Assembly (NCBI RefSeq): GCF_006345805.1
Contig: NC_043004.1
Location: 30,318,001-30,382,000, forward strand
Direction of reading: 5' to 3'
Length of the DNA: 64,000 bases
From: Octopus sinensis
Taxonomy: Eukaryota
Below, one piece after another: positions 1-12,230 of this stretch. Within the stretch, counting starts at the first letter, position 1. Every line of letters begins with the position of its first letter. A program made the position numbers and the translations under genes. The notes beneath the pieces are model-generated. The model worked only from the letters and a program-made list of their open reading frames with translations, was not told where the DNA came from and made no database searches.

Positions 1-1886
1 TGTCCATTTATATCTTTTCTGTTCTATTTGTGAGAACTGAGAATTAAAGTCTAGCTCGTTATTTAGATTGCTATCATTTTTGGTAGGTACTGGTTTAATG
101 TTTTCTGGTAATGTCAAGTTTTACATGCTCAATTTCTTATTCTTTTTAAGTGTAAAATTCAAAGCATGTAATTTTCCTTCTAACCATGGACTAAAAATAA
201 TTTTTAATTTGTTTTATTTATCATTTCTTTGTGTGTGTGTGTGTGTTTGGGTAGGGAAATCGGTCTGTTGCTGACATAAGTTGCACTTTGTTAGTTTGAT
301 TCCGTGTGGTAACCAATCAGTGAACATTTGTAATAAATTAATTATAGGAGTTAAAAAGCAATAAACTTCACAAGTAATTGACTCACACAGTTATCTTTCA
401 GTCTTATCATTATTTCTTTTGGTTTGATTCATTGATATTTAATCAATATTAAAGGATACATTGCATAACATTCATGTAATAGCATTTTATTATTGCTATA
501 ATTATCATAGACATGGGAAAAGACAGCAAGTTGTCAGAATCATTAGCGCATTGGAAAAATGTTCCATAGCATTTCCTCTGGTTCTTTAAGTTCTGAGCTC
601 AAATCCTGCCTAGGCCACCTTTGCCTTTATTCCTTTTGGGGTTGATGAAATAAAGTACTAGTCAAGTACTGGGGTCAAAGTTTTTGACAAACTCATTCCC
701 CCTCATAGTTCTGGTCTTGTGTGAAAATTTAAAAAGATTATCATAGGCATGGAAGTTCTGTCCTATATGCATGCAGATTGATGCACACTTGTGCAGTAGT
801 ATGCAGAGTTGCTGATTTATGCAATTATATGGCTATTTCTCAACCAAGTCTATCAGGAGTTTATCATGAGGAACAAAGTGTTGCTTTCTTATGTCAGGTG
901 GCTATGACAAAAGAGGTTCTGTGGTGGACAAAATTGAAAGGACCAAGGTCAGATATTTTCCTCTTCAGCTATGTCCCTCCGAATTTCTTCAAGTTTCACC
1001 TGGAATTGAAGGTAAGTGTGGAGAGAGAGGTTCTGCTTTCCAATAACTTTTCAGGAAAATCCTGAGCTTCAGGATATGAAATTGGGCTGGAGGACAGAAA
1101 TATCAGAGAGAATTTATTCTTTGCAGTTAAGATAATCCTGAATCTATCTGGCTCCCTGATTGGCCTTAGATGCTTCATACTCTTTTGGGTTGTACAATTC
1201 CATTCCTTTACCATTTTGCTTTTCAATTCTAATTTTGTTTATAATCCATTGTATAATGCCAGCACAATTAGTCTATGTTTGACCTACAACTACATCACCG
1301 TAAAAGAGACAAATGGTGCAAAAACATATTTCATTATTAATGACCATATCTTTTCTTCATTCAAGAATCTTTTAAGATAACATATCCCCAGTGTATGCTT
1401 GTGTAGCATCAGCTATGGTGCAGTAAGCGCTCTGCACAGAGGTCATTGGCAGCAGGTGGACTTTGTGTTAAGTGGAATATGTTTCTTGAACAAGAAGTAG
1501 CAGAGAAGAGATTCTGTTGTCAAATGATGAAAAGGATTATTATCATAATCGTTGTCATTGACCTCGTCCTCTTTGTTGTCATTGTAACTATTATTGTTGT
1601 TGTTGTCATCATCATGATCATGTTCACTAGTAGCAAGAGAATTAAGAATTTTATAATTTAAGAAATAAATACTTAATGAACAGATAAAAACTGAAAAAAA
1701 TGTTTAAAAGTGTTGCAATATGGACAAATTTGCTTGTTATAAATCACTCCACATTGTTGTTTGAAAATTTATAAAAATAATATTTTTAAAATTGTATCTA
1801 GGTACTGTTGCACAATAAAAATAGTTTTCTTTTTTTACATTGAATTAAATATCAAGAAATTTAATTATTGTGAAATCATTACTCAC

Positions 1887-2077
1887 CATCATCTATGAAC
1901 TCATAATGTCCAAGAAATCCTCGCAGACTTTTTGTATAGTCAGATTTAAAAAACATCTCTATTTTTGGTTGAATTGATATAATTGGACCAGGAATTTCTG
2001 CACCACACAAACGGTTCAAAAATGTTTTGAAACCCATGTGATCAATTTCAAAAATGTCAACAAAATCAAATTTGCAT
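1887..2077 (-). CDS. CUB-domain protein, exon encoding the C-terminal half of the same CUB domain
   Basis: Acceptor gtttctttttatag|ATGC; donor GATGATG|GTGAGT; 191 nt, phase 2 to 1, in frame with 6056-6236. Encodes CKFDFVDIFEIDHMGFKTFLNRLCGAEIPGPIISIQPKIEMFFKSDYTKSLRGFLGHYEFIDD (C..D.V, LCG...P..I.S, F.SD....RGF...Y.F). Confidence 0.93.
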
Positions 2078-2146
2078 CTATAAAAAGAAACAAAAAGTAT
2101 ATATATCATGATACAAAACAATTCTAATGAAAATTATTATCTAACC

Positions 2147-2366
2147 TAGTGGTTCTCAACCATTTTTTGCCTATGGACTCCTTTGATTCCTTATTCATTT
2201 CTCTTGGACGTCCATGGAAATAACAAGAAACATTCTGCATTTTGATAATCAAATATTAAGAAATGTATAAAAAGATTAAAATATTTTTTGTGTTGTACAT
2301 AAATTTGAACAACTAAATCATATATGGACCCCCAAAGGTTATAAAGACCCTGGTTGAGAGCCACTG
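2147..2366. mobile_element. hAT-type MITE
   Basis: TIRs tagtggttctcaacc / ggttgagagccactg (CAGTGGTTCTCAA type) with an 8-bp TSD atctaacc/atctaact. A right-end fragment of the same family lies near 34075-34130. Confidence 0.8.
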
Positions 2367-3455
2367 ATCTAACTTTTTCAGTTAGAAACTATTTGAATAT
2401 AATTTAATGGTCACTAATGAGATACAATATGCTGAAACTGTTTGTGGATATAGATGATTAAATATGTATGAAAATAAATACAATAATTTGGATTAATACA
2501 TATATCTACTTGCCCATAGAAAAAGGTTGTTGTGTAAGCTGTAAATGAATTCTTTGAATAATCATGGTAGTTTTCTAGCCAACATTGTCTATTTTGTAAC
2601 ACAGTTTTTAGCTTTCCAAGCATAATCTGCCTATTCTGATCTAGCAGGAGAAATACAAGGTCACTCAGCTAGAAAATCTCCCTCAAATATCTCTCTGCAG
2701 TTTCCTAAAGTGGAACAATTTGCAGGAAGATTTTAAAATCTGCAGAGATGGGCTGATGACTATAGCATCGATGCTGAATGAAAAGTTCACTCCAAAACAT
2801 TGTAGTTGTAGTAGTGGTGGTAGTGGTGGTGGTGGTGGTGGCGACGGCGGCGGTGGGCAGTGCTGGTGGTAGTGGTGGTGATGGTGGTCGTGGTGCATTA
2901 TTGATATTTCCTGATAAACTTACATAACTTATAAATGCATCAGTCAAAAGCAGCCCTCAAAATTCCACTTCTCTCCCAAATCTCTCAGAATTGCAAGTAT
3001 ATCAGAAATACCAAAACTACTTAGTCAAACATTTCTGTTAATATCATACAATTTTATAGGGTTGTGGATTGGCAAAAAAGAGAGCTTGATGAACAAAATG
3101 CCTTATGGCTCTACTTTCAAGTACCATCAGAGTTGACTTTGCCTTTCATTGTTTTGTGGGGGTCAATGAAATAAAGAAGTAATCAGGACCTGTGGAGGGA
3201 GATGATCTTCACTAACAATAATGTAATGTCCTTATCTTTTATCTTTTACTTGTTTCAGTCATTAGACTGTGGCCATGCTGGGGCACTGTCTTGAAGAATT
3301 TTTAGTCAAATGAATTGATCTCAGTTCTTATTTTTTGTTTAAGCCAGGCACTTGTTCTATTGGTCTCTCTTGCCAAACTGCTAAGTTATGGGGACATAAA
3401 CACACCAACACTGGTTATCAAGCAGATGTAGGGGACAAACACAAACACATAGATA

Positions 3456-3670
3456 TACGAGGGATTGGTGAAAAGTTCTTGGCTTTAAGGATATTGTAAA
3501 AGGCCTAGTTGGAGGCCCAGCCTTCCAAGTTCTTTTACGGGGCTTAAAAAAACTGAAGGACTGTTGCAATGAGTGTGTGGATTTGAGAAGAAAAAATGTT
3601 GAATAAAATCATAAGTAACTGTTCCTCCTGTAGTTTCTTTTACCCAAAATCATGAACATTTCAGCTGCAA
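3456..3670. mobile_element. Mariner-derived MITE
   Basis: Begins TA-CGAGGG..TGAAAAGTTC; same body as the copies at 16550, 51483 and 52068; end resembles the mariner remnant terminus at about 22520. Confidence 0.7.
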
Positions 3671-4129
3671 TAACAAAACTGGTAAGACTTTCAATATTGA
3701 CTCATGATACTAATTTTTATACTTCTTAATTCCACCTCAAATCATTTATTTGTATGTATATATCTTTGTTTTAATAAAAAAAAAGCCATCACTCTTATAC
3801 CTAGTGTGCAATTTCTTTGGGTTTTTTTTTACTTGCCCCCTATATATACCACTTGTAGTCATTTTTCTTTGAAACCTGTTTCTATTATATATATGTATAT
3901 TTTATTATTATTATTTTTATTATTATTATTATTATATATAGTTGAGGTGTATTCTGTTAAAAATGCATTAGAGTACAAAATAGAGCTCATTCACTCTTAG
4001 AATCACCAGATACCCAGCAGTATTATGGTATACTACCAATTTTAGGCTTAGGCATTTCTCGTGTGTGAAAAACAAAAAGGAAAAAATAAACAGAGTCAAA
4101 AGGAAGAAGGAGTATGATTTGACAGCTGT

Positions 4130-4357
4130 TTAACACTTTTGTTACCAACCCAGCTGAAACCACCTCTGGCTCTCAGTACAAATGTCTTGTTTTCATAAGT
4201 TTTGAATTATAATCTTCCACCAAACCTTAGTCACAATTTGTATTCCTAACACTAGCTGAATGATAACTAAGTTATTTTACTGAATTCTTTGTTATATTTA
4301 AAGTAATTGAAAGAAACGCAGAGCATCTCAAAATAAATACAGTAACGAAAGGGTTAA
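4130..4357. mobile_element. piggyBac-like (TTAA) MITE
   Basis: ttaacacttttgttac ... gtaacgaaagggttaa: TTAA-bounded short TIRs of the CCCTTT/AAAGGG type. Confidence 0.65.
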
Positions 4358-4677
4358 TGACCACTACACATGTTTCAGTACAACATTAATCCACATATTT
4401 ACAGGATTTTAAATTAAGTAATGGTTTATCTGTATAAGAGGACCTAGCTGTATCTCCTCAGGTGATATATATATATATATATTTATACATGATAAAACTT
4501 ACTTGGAAATGGATCATCAAAATCAAACATTTACTTATGGAGACAGCGATTGTATATTACCTGAGGAGATACAACTAGCTCCTGTTATATAGGTAAACCA
4601 TTACTTAATTTAAATTTAAATCCTGTATATATGTGGATCTATCTATGTTGTATTGAAACATGTGTAGTGGTCATTAA
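4354..4677. mobile_element. Foldback MITE with about 120-bp inverted arms
   Basis: Left arm ttaatgaccactacacatgtttc...ctcctcaggtgatata is the reverse complement of the right arm tatattacctgaggag...gtagtggtcattaa, with small indels. Confidence 0.8.
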
Positions 4678-4730
4678 ACATCTGTCAAATCATACTCCCT
4701 TTTCCTTTTGACTCTATTTATTCTTTCCTT

Positions 4731-4761
<31 letters not shown>

Positions 4762-4779
4762 ATGTATATATATATATAT

Positions 4780-4975
4780 AGTTAATCCAAACATGAAAAC
4801 ACAACAATGTGGGGGTGTAGAACAAGTATAGTGTTATTGGACGCTCAGGAAAGAAAAGAAAGAAGGAGGATTTAACTTTTCGAGTGGAGCTCTTTGTCAG
4901 AAACATAGTAAATGGAAAGATCCAAGGAAGGGAAGGCGGAGGAAAAAAACTCCAACGGTATACACACGGTGTGTG
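4780..4975 (-). mobile_element. Penelope-LTR-like short repeat with degenerate minimal hammerhead core
   Basis: Minus strand 4900-4871 reads CTGACAA-A-GAG-ctcca-CTC-GAAA-AGTT-aaat, followed by cctgagcgtccaataacac; same architecture as 7620-7830 and 60510-60645. Confidence 0.5.
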
Positions 4976-4981
4976 TGTATA

Positions 4982-5560
4982 CTAGCGGGCCTCATGGCAT
5001 TTGACTTGGTCTGTACAGTGTTGAAATGTATTCAAAAGGTACATATTGGCATCTATTGCAATGCCCATTTTCCTTACAATAAAAGTTGTTAAAAAGTAAA
5101 AAAAAATTTTTAGAATATGTAAATACAGAAAGTAATACAGATAATAATAGAGAAATGCATTGTACAAAAATGATAAAACATTTACTGAACTTCAGTATAT
5201 ACAATGTTTTTATCTTATTTCTTTGGAGAATATATGAAGAGTTTCTGTGGACTTCCTACTCTGGAACAACCTACATACAATTGAACACGTGAGAAACAGC
5301 CCTGCAGTGTTCGACCTTGGGACTTGTTAATAGTCATTATGTAACTGACTATCACTGGGAATTACAATTGTTTGAAACGAAAGGGGACATTTGTTGGTAT
5401 TAGGGGTATTCTAGGTATAAATACGATGTCTCCCTTGCCCCATCCATCGAGGATTTTTGCTTTGATAATGAGAGGCTGTAGTTCAGTCATAACCATATAT
5501 GTACCATTAGACAATGTTTGCAAATCCAGATTTCTGGGAAGCATAGTTGATGGCAATAAG
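4982..5560 (-). mobile_element. Helitron 3' remnant (PIF1-like helicase C-terminus and CTAG end)
   Basis: Translation MLPRNLD..LSNGT..ILDGWGKGDIVFIPRIPLIPTNVPFRFKQL*FPV..MTINKSQG..QLYVGCSRVG..KNIVYTEVQ* matches Helitron helicase motifs. The element ends gcccgCTAG|T at 4982, the canonical CTRR terminus. Confidence 0.88.
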
Positions 5561-6055
5561 TTGTGGTTGTGTTAGTAGTAGTGGTTGCCCTATAGATAAA
5601 TAGGTATTAGCAGTTGCAGTGGTAGTATTGGTAGCACACTTTAGATATTCTAAATAAATGTTTATTCTGCCTCTGTCTGACTCTCCAACCCCACTTTCTA
5701 TCTGTCACATGTATTTTTTCTCCAGAGAGAAAAAGAAGTAGAGGTAGTGAGATAGAGACACATATATATCTAGAGAGAAAGAAAGGGAGATAGTGAGAGA
5801 GATAGAAACATATAGAGAGACACAGAGGTCAGGCAGTGACTTCAAAGGAATAAATGTAATGTATAAACTTAGAAAGTTGGACATGGATTGAGTGATAGGG
5901 AGAGTATTTTTTCACTCAGTAAAAAGCATGGTTGAGAAGCAAACTTTTTACCACACAGCCACACCTGCACCTCTTGTGTAAATATTACACAATTTCATGA
6001 AACAATTCCAAATGCATGGGAAATTTTAGTTAAATAAACAGAAACTTTCACTCAC

Positions 6056-6236
6056 CCAGCATCACTGTTGCCTTCAAGCTCAAAATATTCAAACTTAATT
6101 TTGATACGTTTATCACCAACAGCTTCAAAAATATATCGACAAGACACTAATTCTGGATAGTGAGATGGAAAACCAGGAGATGTGAAAGTTCCAGATTTTT
6201 TCAGTTGACTGCGAAAAATTTCATGACACTCGGAAG
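6056..6236 (-). CDS. CUB-domain protein, exon encoding the N-terminal half of a CUB domain
   Basis: Polypyrimidine tract and ttgcag|CTTCC acceptor; donor GCTGG|GTGAGT; 181 nt, phase 1 to 2. Encodes SECHEIFRSQLKKSGTFTSPGFPSHYPELVSCRYIFEAVGDKRIKIKFEYFELEGNSDAG with the CUB motifs C..., G.F.SP.FP..YP...C.Y.F and I.I.F..F.LE. Confidence 0.93.
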
Positions 6237-6917
6237 CTGCAAAAAGACACAAGAAAAGAAAAAAAAAACAGGTGTTAGTAAAGAAATAAAATTTTTCATT
6301 AATTTTCTCGTAACTATTTTTTTTTTCTACTTAGTTGGAGGACATTGATTCTCAATATCCTTCATATGTACAACAATCTGCTGAAGTGATTTCCTGCAAA
6401 ATAAATTCATCCATCGCAACAGTTGGAAATGAATGAGCCTCTACTCAGTCACTTGGGCAAACTAGACATAATAGCTAAATATTCATAAAAAAATATACAC
6501 TACTTTATTTAAAATGGAAGTACATGTTAGGTAAAGTAGTCCTATATATAACACTGTGTAACACAATTTTTATTTTGTGTTATTTCCTATTTGCTTCTAT
6601 CTAGAAATCAAAGGAAATAACTACTATTCTCTTCAAACTGGATATCAATATTTCAAAACTGACCTAATTTCCATTACATTTCAAACAGATTCAGTACTGA
6701 GTTGCTGAAGCAGAAATATTGTTATAGCAAATATTCAGCTCAGTACCACAGATTTGCTTGTCAGTTGCTTGACTTTAACCACTTGAACATATGCACATCT
6801 CTGATCATGAGCAGAAGTAGTGGGGGAACCTCATAGCAATGTATTGAGAGCGATTTTTTGGTGCTTGAATAAATGTAACAAAAGTGAAGCTTAAAGAAAA
6901 TATTAGCCATTTTTCGT

Positions 6918-7139
6918 AGAATGTAAATAAGTCACAAGGTGTACAGGTGCCAATACATTACAACCGTTTCAAGTGGCTCCATTTAATTGATCAATGAAAA
7001 CATTACATCAATTTGAAAGAAACTGCTCTCTTCAGAGTAGATGACCATATAGATTTCAAACATAAAGGATAAAATGGAGCTGCTTGAAATGGCTGTAATG
7101 TATTGACACGTGTACATCCTTGTTACTTATTTACATTCT
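6918..7139. mobile_element. Foldback MITE with about 75-bp arms
   Basis: agaatgtaaataagtcacaaggtgtacaggtgccaatacattacaaccgtttcaagtggctccattt pairs with aaatggagctgcttgaaatggctgtaatgtattgacacgtgtacatccttgttacttatttacattct. Confidence 0.75.
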
Positions 7140-7269
7140 GTTCATCTAACTTGGAGCTGTGCAGACTATACTGTACTGGCAAGGTGCCTCAATTTAAGTA
7201 CCTAATTCAGCTGAATCTTAATTATATACATATATAAATATTTATATATACACACACATACACACATAC

Positions 7270-7331
<62 letters not shown>

Positions 7332-7581
7332 ATATATATGTGTGTGTATATATATATATGTATGTGAAACAGCTATGATATTTTGCGTCTTTGACTGAAG
7401 AGGGAAACTCAGCTGTGAATATTCCATGTTGTTTTATTTCCTGTTTGCTTAGTTTTCATCTACTTTTGCATTTACTCTGCTTTCATCTAACTTTTCTATT
7501 TGTATTCTTTTTGTTCAACCCTTGATAGATACATACATACATAAATACATACATACATACATACATACATACATACATACA

Positions 7582-7617
<36 letters not shown>

Positions 7618-7619
7618 GT

Positions 7620-7830
7620 CAACTAAATAAACAAACAATAAAATCAATAATGCCAGACAACAAGATAATGTGCACAAGGAATGTCTTAGTTTGATGCTCA
7701 GTAAAAAAAAGAGAGAGGTTTTGATGTTTCGAACATAGTTCTTCATTGGAAAAGAGAAAGGGAAAAATTCAAAGAAGGAAAAGAAATCGCCAACAGCACA
7801 TAGATATATAACAAAAGATGGAGACAGAAA
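7620..7830 (-). mobile_element. Penelope-LTR-like short repeat with degenerate hammerhead core
   Basis: Minus strand 7749-7721 reads CCAATGA-A-GAAC-tat-GTTC-GAAA-CATC-aaaa; stem II is fully paired; the 3' end runs into an (ATAC)n array. Confidence 0.5.
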
Positions 7831-8064
7831 ATGGAATATACAAGAAACTTTATTGTTGTGAGCAATAAAGTTTCTCATATATTCTGTCTCAATCATTTGT
7901 TATATACTGAGGAATTCCTGAGGTAGATCCAGTGACAATTGTGTAAATACCGTAGATGATATAAGGTAGCCTTAAGCCATGAATATGTTTCACCAGCGAA
8001 CTACTGCATGACAGATTCTCTTGTCATAAACAACAAATGAGGGTTCAGTAAAATAAAGCATCAA

Positions 8065-8310
8065 TCATGCTCTATGGACATGAATGTGTCTCTTGAGGCC
8101 TTCTGGTGCCTTGCAAACCTTTTGGTAAATGGAACAAGTTGAGGACTCAGTTTGCTTGAGTGCTTGTGGATCATTAACTATGTGTTTTCTTCAGTGGACA
8201 GCAAGGCCTGCTTTGCTTCATGCTATAAAACCATAATGATAGGTAAGATTTCCATTTAGAGGAGCAGCATTTTGCTAGCATGCCTTCATCCTTGCATGAA
8301 GTTGGTCTTG
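8065..8310 (-). mobile_element. LINE 3' fragment with degenerate C2H2-like motifs (RTE-like)
   Basis: One frame reads SKAGLAVH*RKH...STCSIYQKVCKAPEGLKRHIHVHR, resembling the C-terminal zinc-finger region of RTE-clade ORFs; it contains a stop. Confidence 0.45.
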
Positions 8311-8534
8311 ATGCTGGAGTTGACTTTGCTCAAAATATATAAGTATATTGTCTATCTGGATTGTTTTGTTGTCCCTTTTTTGTGTCACATAGCTGTCTGG
8401 ATGTTTTGCATTCTTGTCCCATTTTTGTATTTTATATGTATATATACATTTAGAAATAACAATTACAATCCATGGATGGAATTTATATATATTTTAATGC
8501 ATCACTATGTACATTTCCACAACCTTTACTTCCT

Positions 8535-8925
8535 GAAGAGGAGGTAAAGAGTATGTCTATCTAGGGTACACTGTGAATATGTGCTGAAATCTGAAAGAGA
8601 ATAAGGGCAGGATAGAAGACATTAAGCTCATTAAAGGATGTACTCAAATCAAAAGCAAACAATGCCATACATGCCAGAATCTTCAATAACACTCTCCTAC
8701 CTGTACTCTTGTATGCAAGTGAGACACAGGCTACTACGAGGATGATGGAACACTGACTGGCTACGACTGATGTGAGAAATATTACAAGAGCATATTTGAA
8801 ATGAGACACTTCAAGAATGGAGCGGAGTGAACAATGTGATCACAGAATACCAAAAGCAGTTGCCAAGTGGTATACAATATATTGGAAGAGGCCACTTGGA
8901 AGGCTTGCATGACGATGGGGAAACA
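8535..8925 (+). mobile_element. RTE-clade LINE fragment (post-RT region)
   Basis: Frames give KEYVYLG, EI*KRIRAG*KTLSSLKDVLK..IFNNTLLPVLLYASET and WYTIYWKRPLGRL, typical of the RTE-1-like C-terminal region; many stops. Confidence 0.72.
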
Positions 8926-8929
8926 ATTT

Positions 8930-11900
8930 ACTTAAGTGATTTTGTTCAAGATTTTGTTCTTTCTACCTGTGGAGTTGAAGTCATAATGAAGTTAAGAAAT
9001 GTTCTTTTCCAGGTGAGTCTTCAGAATGCAACATACCAACAAATAATAAATGCGTTGCAACAATTAATAAAGCCGAAGGAGAGAGACTGTTAATTGCAAA
9101 CAGATTGAAATTATTGGAACTAAAGCAACCAGAAGATGAGTCAATCAGCAACTTTCTTCTTAGGATTAATTCTCAAGCTTTCTTCTTTCATTTGAATAGG
9201 TTGGAAGAAAATCCAGAAGAGGAAATCATGAAACTCATTTTTATCATTGGATTGTCATAATGAATTACACTGAAATAGCTGCTCTCGCATCCACCGTAGA
9301 ATCAGAAACACTGTTAGTGAGTAGTTGACAAGCAATAACAAACTTTAATGTCAACAAGAATACCCGCAGTTATGATGTTGTTGTGAAAGGTTGAAATTGC
9401 AGGTATACATACAAAGCTTGTGTGTGTCCAGCATATAGGAAAAATTGTAAAAAGTGTAGAAAATTAGGGCATTTTGCAAGATTTTGCTGATGTAAAATGA
9501 TCACCATTTGGACAAACTGGAACAACAAGGAAAGTGCAGATAACATAAGTTTTTGCAAGTGTTTTATAAATAACTGAAGCATAGATATGAAAGTGGATGC
9601 TGGGGCAGCTTATTCGATAGTCCCATTAACATTTGCTTCACAGTTAGGTATCCCATTTGAATCATGCTACAATAGATTATCTTTTGATGCTTCAGATCTA
9701 AAGGTTGTTGAATCAGTCCAAGTGACATTTAAACTTAATAACACTGACGAGTCATATAAATTCATTGTGATAGACAACCCATACTCTTTTGGGCTGATTG
9801 GAAAAGATATTGTATTGATACAAAGTAAAAAGAAATGTTGGCTTCTTTTTGACATCTTCGTCGTTGCATTCAGTTCAATCTGTTTCAATTTAAACATGGA
9901 TGTGTTCCCAAAGGTTAAAGGTTTTGTGGCTTGAGTTAATTGCTCTGATACAAGATAAAGCGTGAGGAGTTCAGCAAGACATGCTCCAGTACATTTGGAA
10001 AAAGAAATGAAAGTTGAGTTAAAGAGGTTAGAAATGGGTATCATCATTCTGTTAGATTACTCTGGAGTCAGGTGTGTCTCACCTGTGATATGGCTGAGAA
10101 AAAAGATGGATCTCTTTGCGTGTGTTGATTACAAATGCACATATTGACACCTATTCTTTTCCCATACCATCAATTGACACTATCTTCTCTGGTTTTTCAG
10201 GTGTGAATTTTTTCTCCTCTCTCACTTTAAAGCATACATATTGGTAAATAACTTTAGTGGAGGAAGCAAGGTGGATTTGCACTATTAATACAAACAATGA
10301 TTTCTACCTGATTAACAGACTTCAAATGGACCTTAAGAATTTGAGTGGCATATTTCATAACTGTATGGAAACTCTGCTAAAAAGGATCGAAAGAGTTGGG
10401 GTATACCAAGATGATATCCTCATCTATGCAAATAGCAAAGCAAAATTGACGAGCAGAGAAAATGCGGTAGTTGCAAGGCTAAGGTGCAGTTCTCCATTAA
10501 CAAAGAAAAGTCATTCTCCAGAAAAAGAAATTTGACCTTCCTGGGAAGGAACATATCTGAAGAGAGTATTTCTCCATTTCAGAAGTTGGCAACAAAATTA
10601 AGACATACAAGTACCAATATTGAAGGAAAATATTGACAAAATATTGGGTCTGATGAATTACTACAGATCTGCCCTGGTGTATGCTGAGAAAGTAGAACCA
10701 CTCTTAGCTAGATCTAAAGAATTTAAGCGGGGTAAAGTGCAAGTTAAGGTTTTCTGTATGCTTATCACTCATCTTGTGCAGGCTCAAGTTTTGTAACCAT
10801 ACTCAATGGAGATGAGCACTCTCACTATAGATACATTCTTGATTACAGTAGCTGGGGTGTTATCCCAGGAAGGACACCCAGTAGCATTCATAAGCCACAC
10901 CTTTAGCCAGGTACAATGAAATTGGTCAAACATAGAGAGAGAGGTTTATGCTGCATAGATAGACTGCATCATTTCTTTCTAGGAAAGCAGTTTTATTTGG
11001 AAACAGATTACCAGCCTTTAAGATCCTGTTCGTGAAAGATCTAAATGTATCTCGATATGCTTCACAAAAAATAGCCAGGTGGAGTTTGATTCTATCACAG
11101 TACGATTTTGTCATTAAGCATGTTTCAGGTAAAAGTATTTTGCACATCAGTGACCTCTCTAAGCTGAGGTATAATGAGACTAATGATGATGTTATCATTT
11201 TCTTTGCTTCACATTTAGACAAATGTGACAGTGCATGGCAGCACATCTGTCCTGTAATAATGGAGCACATCAGAAATAGGTGAGGATGTAACACACTAAA
11301 ACAATGTTCGACAATGTTGCATCCAAGGCAAAATACGTGATACATGCCAGAAGGAATGCTAAGAAGGATTTAAGCATTCTTGTGTCCAAATTGCTCAACT
11401 GAGACAGTAAAAAGCAATCTGCTTCAGGTCTTCACTTGTTTTGGTGCACCCACAACAGACCTGAATTTATTGCATGAAAGAATATGTTGTCATCAATGGG
11501 CTGTAGGAAAATTGAGACACCTGCTTATAGTTAGGCATCTAACAGCACTGCTGAAAGAGCCATACAAACTGTGAAAGCTGCACTGAAGCATTTTGATCTG
11601 AAGACAGGGAATTTCGGCAACTACTTGAACAAAATTCTGCTCAACCATTGGAGTGCCTCAGGTGGTCGTAAATTACAAATGGCTGAAAAGTTAATGTAAA
11701 AACCACTGAGGGTTGCTGTCAACCCATTCTTTGAAATAGGTGAGGATGTAATACACAAAACCATGTTCAACAATGTTGCATTCAAGGAAAAATATGTGAT
11801 ACATGCTGGGAAGAATACTGCATGGATTAAGAAGGAGGGTTGCTCACAGCATTCAGTGGCAGTTGCGCAACTGGCCCTGCTAAACTCATGGGAACCAGAA

Positions 11901-12160
11901 ATAGAATTGAGTGCAACACTTGGCACACTGGTTCACACTGAGTTTGCAAAGATGCCCAACAGTGATGGTGCAATCATATCAAGTCCCCAGGCTAGGCATG
12001 ACACCAACACTTGGAGTTATAGGAGTGGAGCAGCCTATTACTGGCAATGCTAGCCCTTGAAGAGCAAACAGGTAAATTTCATCAAGTCCTCAACTGCAGC
12101 GAAGTGCAAGAATTGTAGCAGGATGTAAAAGCCAAATGTTTCAAGGATGAATAAGGTGAT
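8930..12160 (+). mobile_element. Decayed Ty3/Gypsy LTR retrotransposon (gag, zinc knuckle, protease, RT, RNase H, integrase remnants)
   Basis: Gag LLELKQPEDESISNFLLRI; CCHC knuckle CKKCRKLGHFARFC (about 9445-9487); protease KVDAGAAYSI (9587); RT FPIPSIDTIF and YQDDILIY (about 10410); RNase H GVLSQEGHPVAF, NWSNIERE and ARWSLILSQYDFVIKHVSGK; integrase SNSTAERAIQTVK; terminal QRSARI. Order PR-RT-RH-IN is Gypsy-type; frameshifts and stops throughout. Confidence 0.92.
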
Positions 12161-12189
12161 AGTTGCATTGGGTTGCTGATTTTAGTATC

Positions 12190-12230
<41 letters not shown>

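Noticed and set aside
969-1011. Plus-strand 43-nt exon candidate (ttcag ... AAG|GTAAGT)
   Set aside because: No recognisable peptide or partner exon; it lies in sequence that may be a decayed retroelement.
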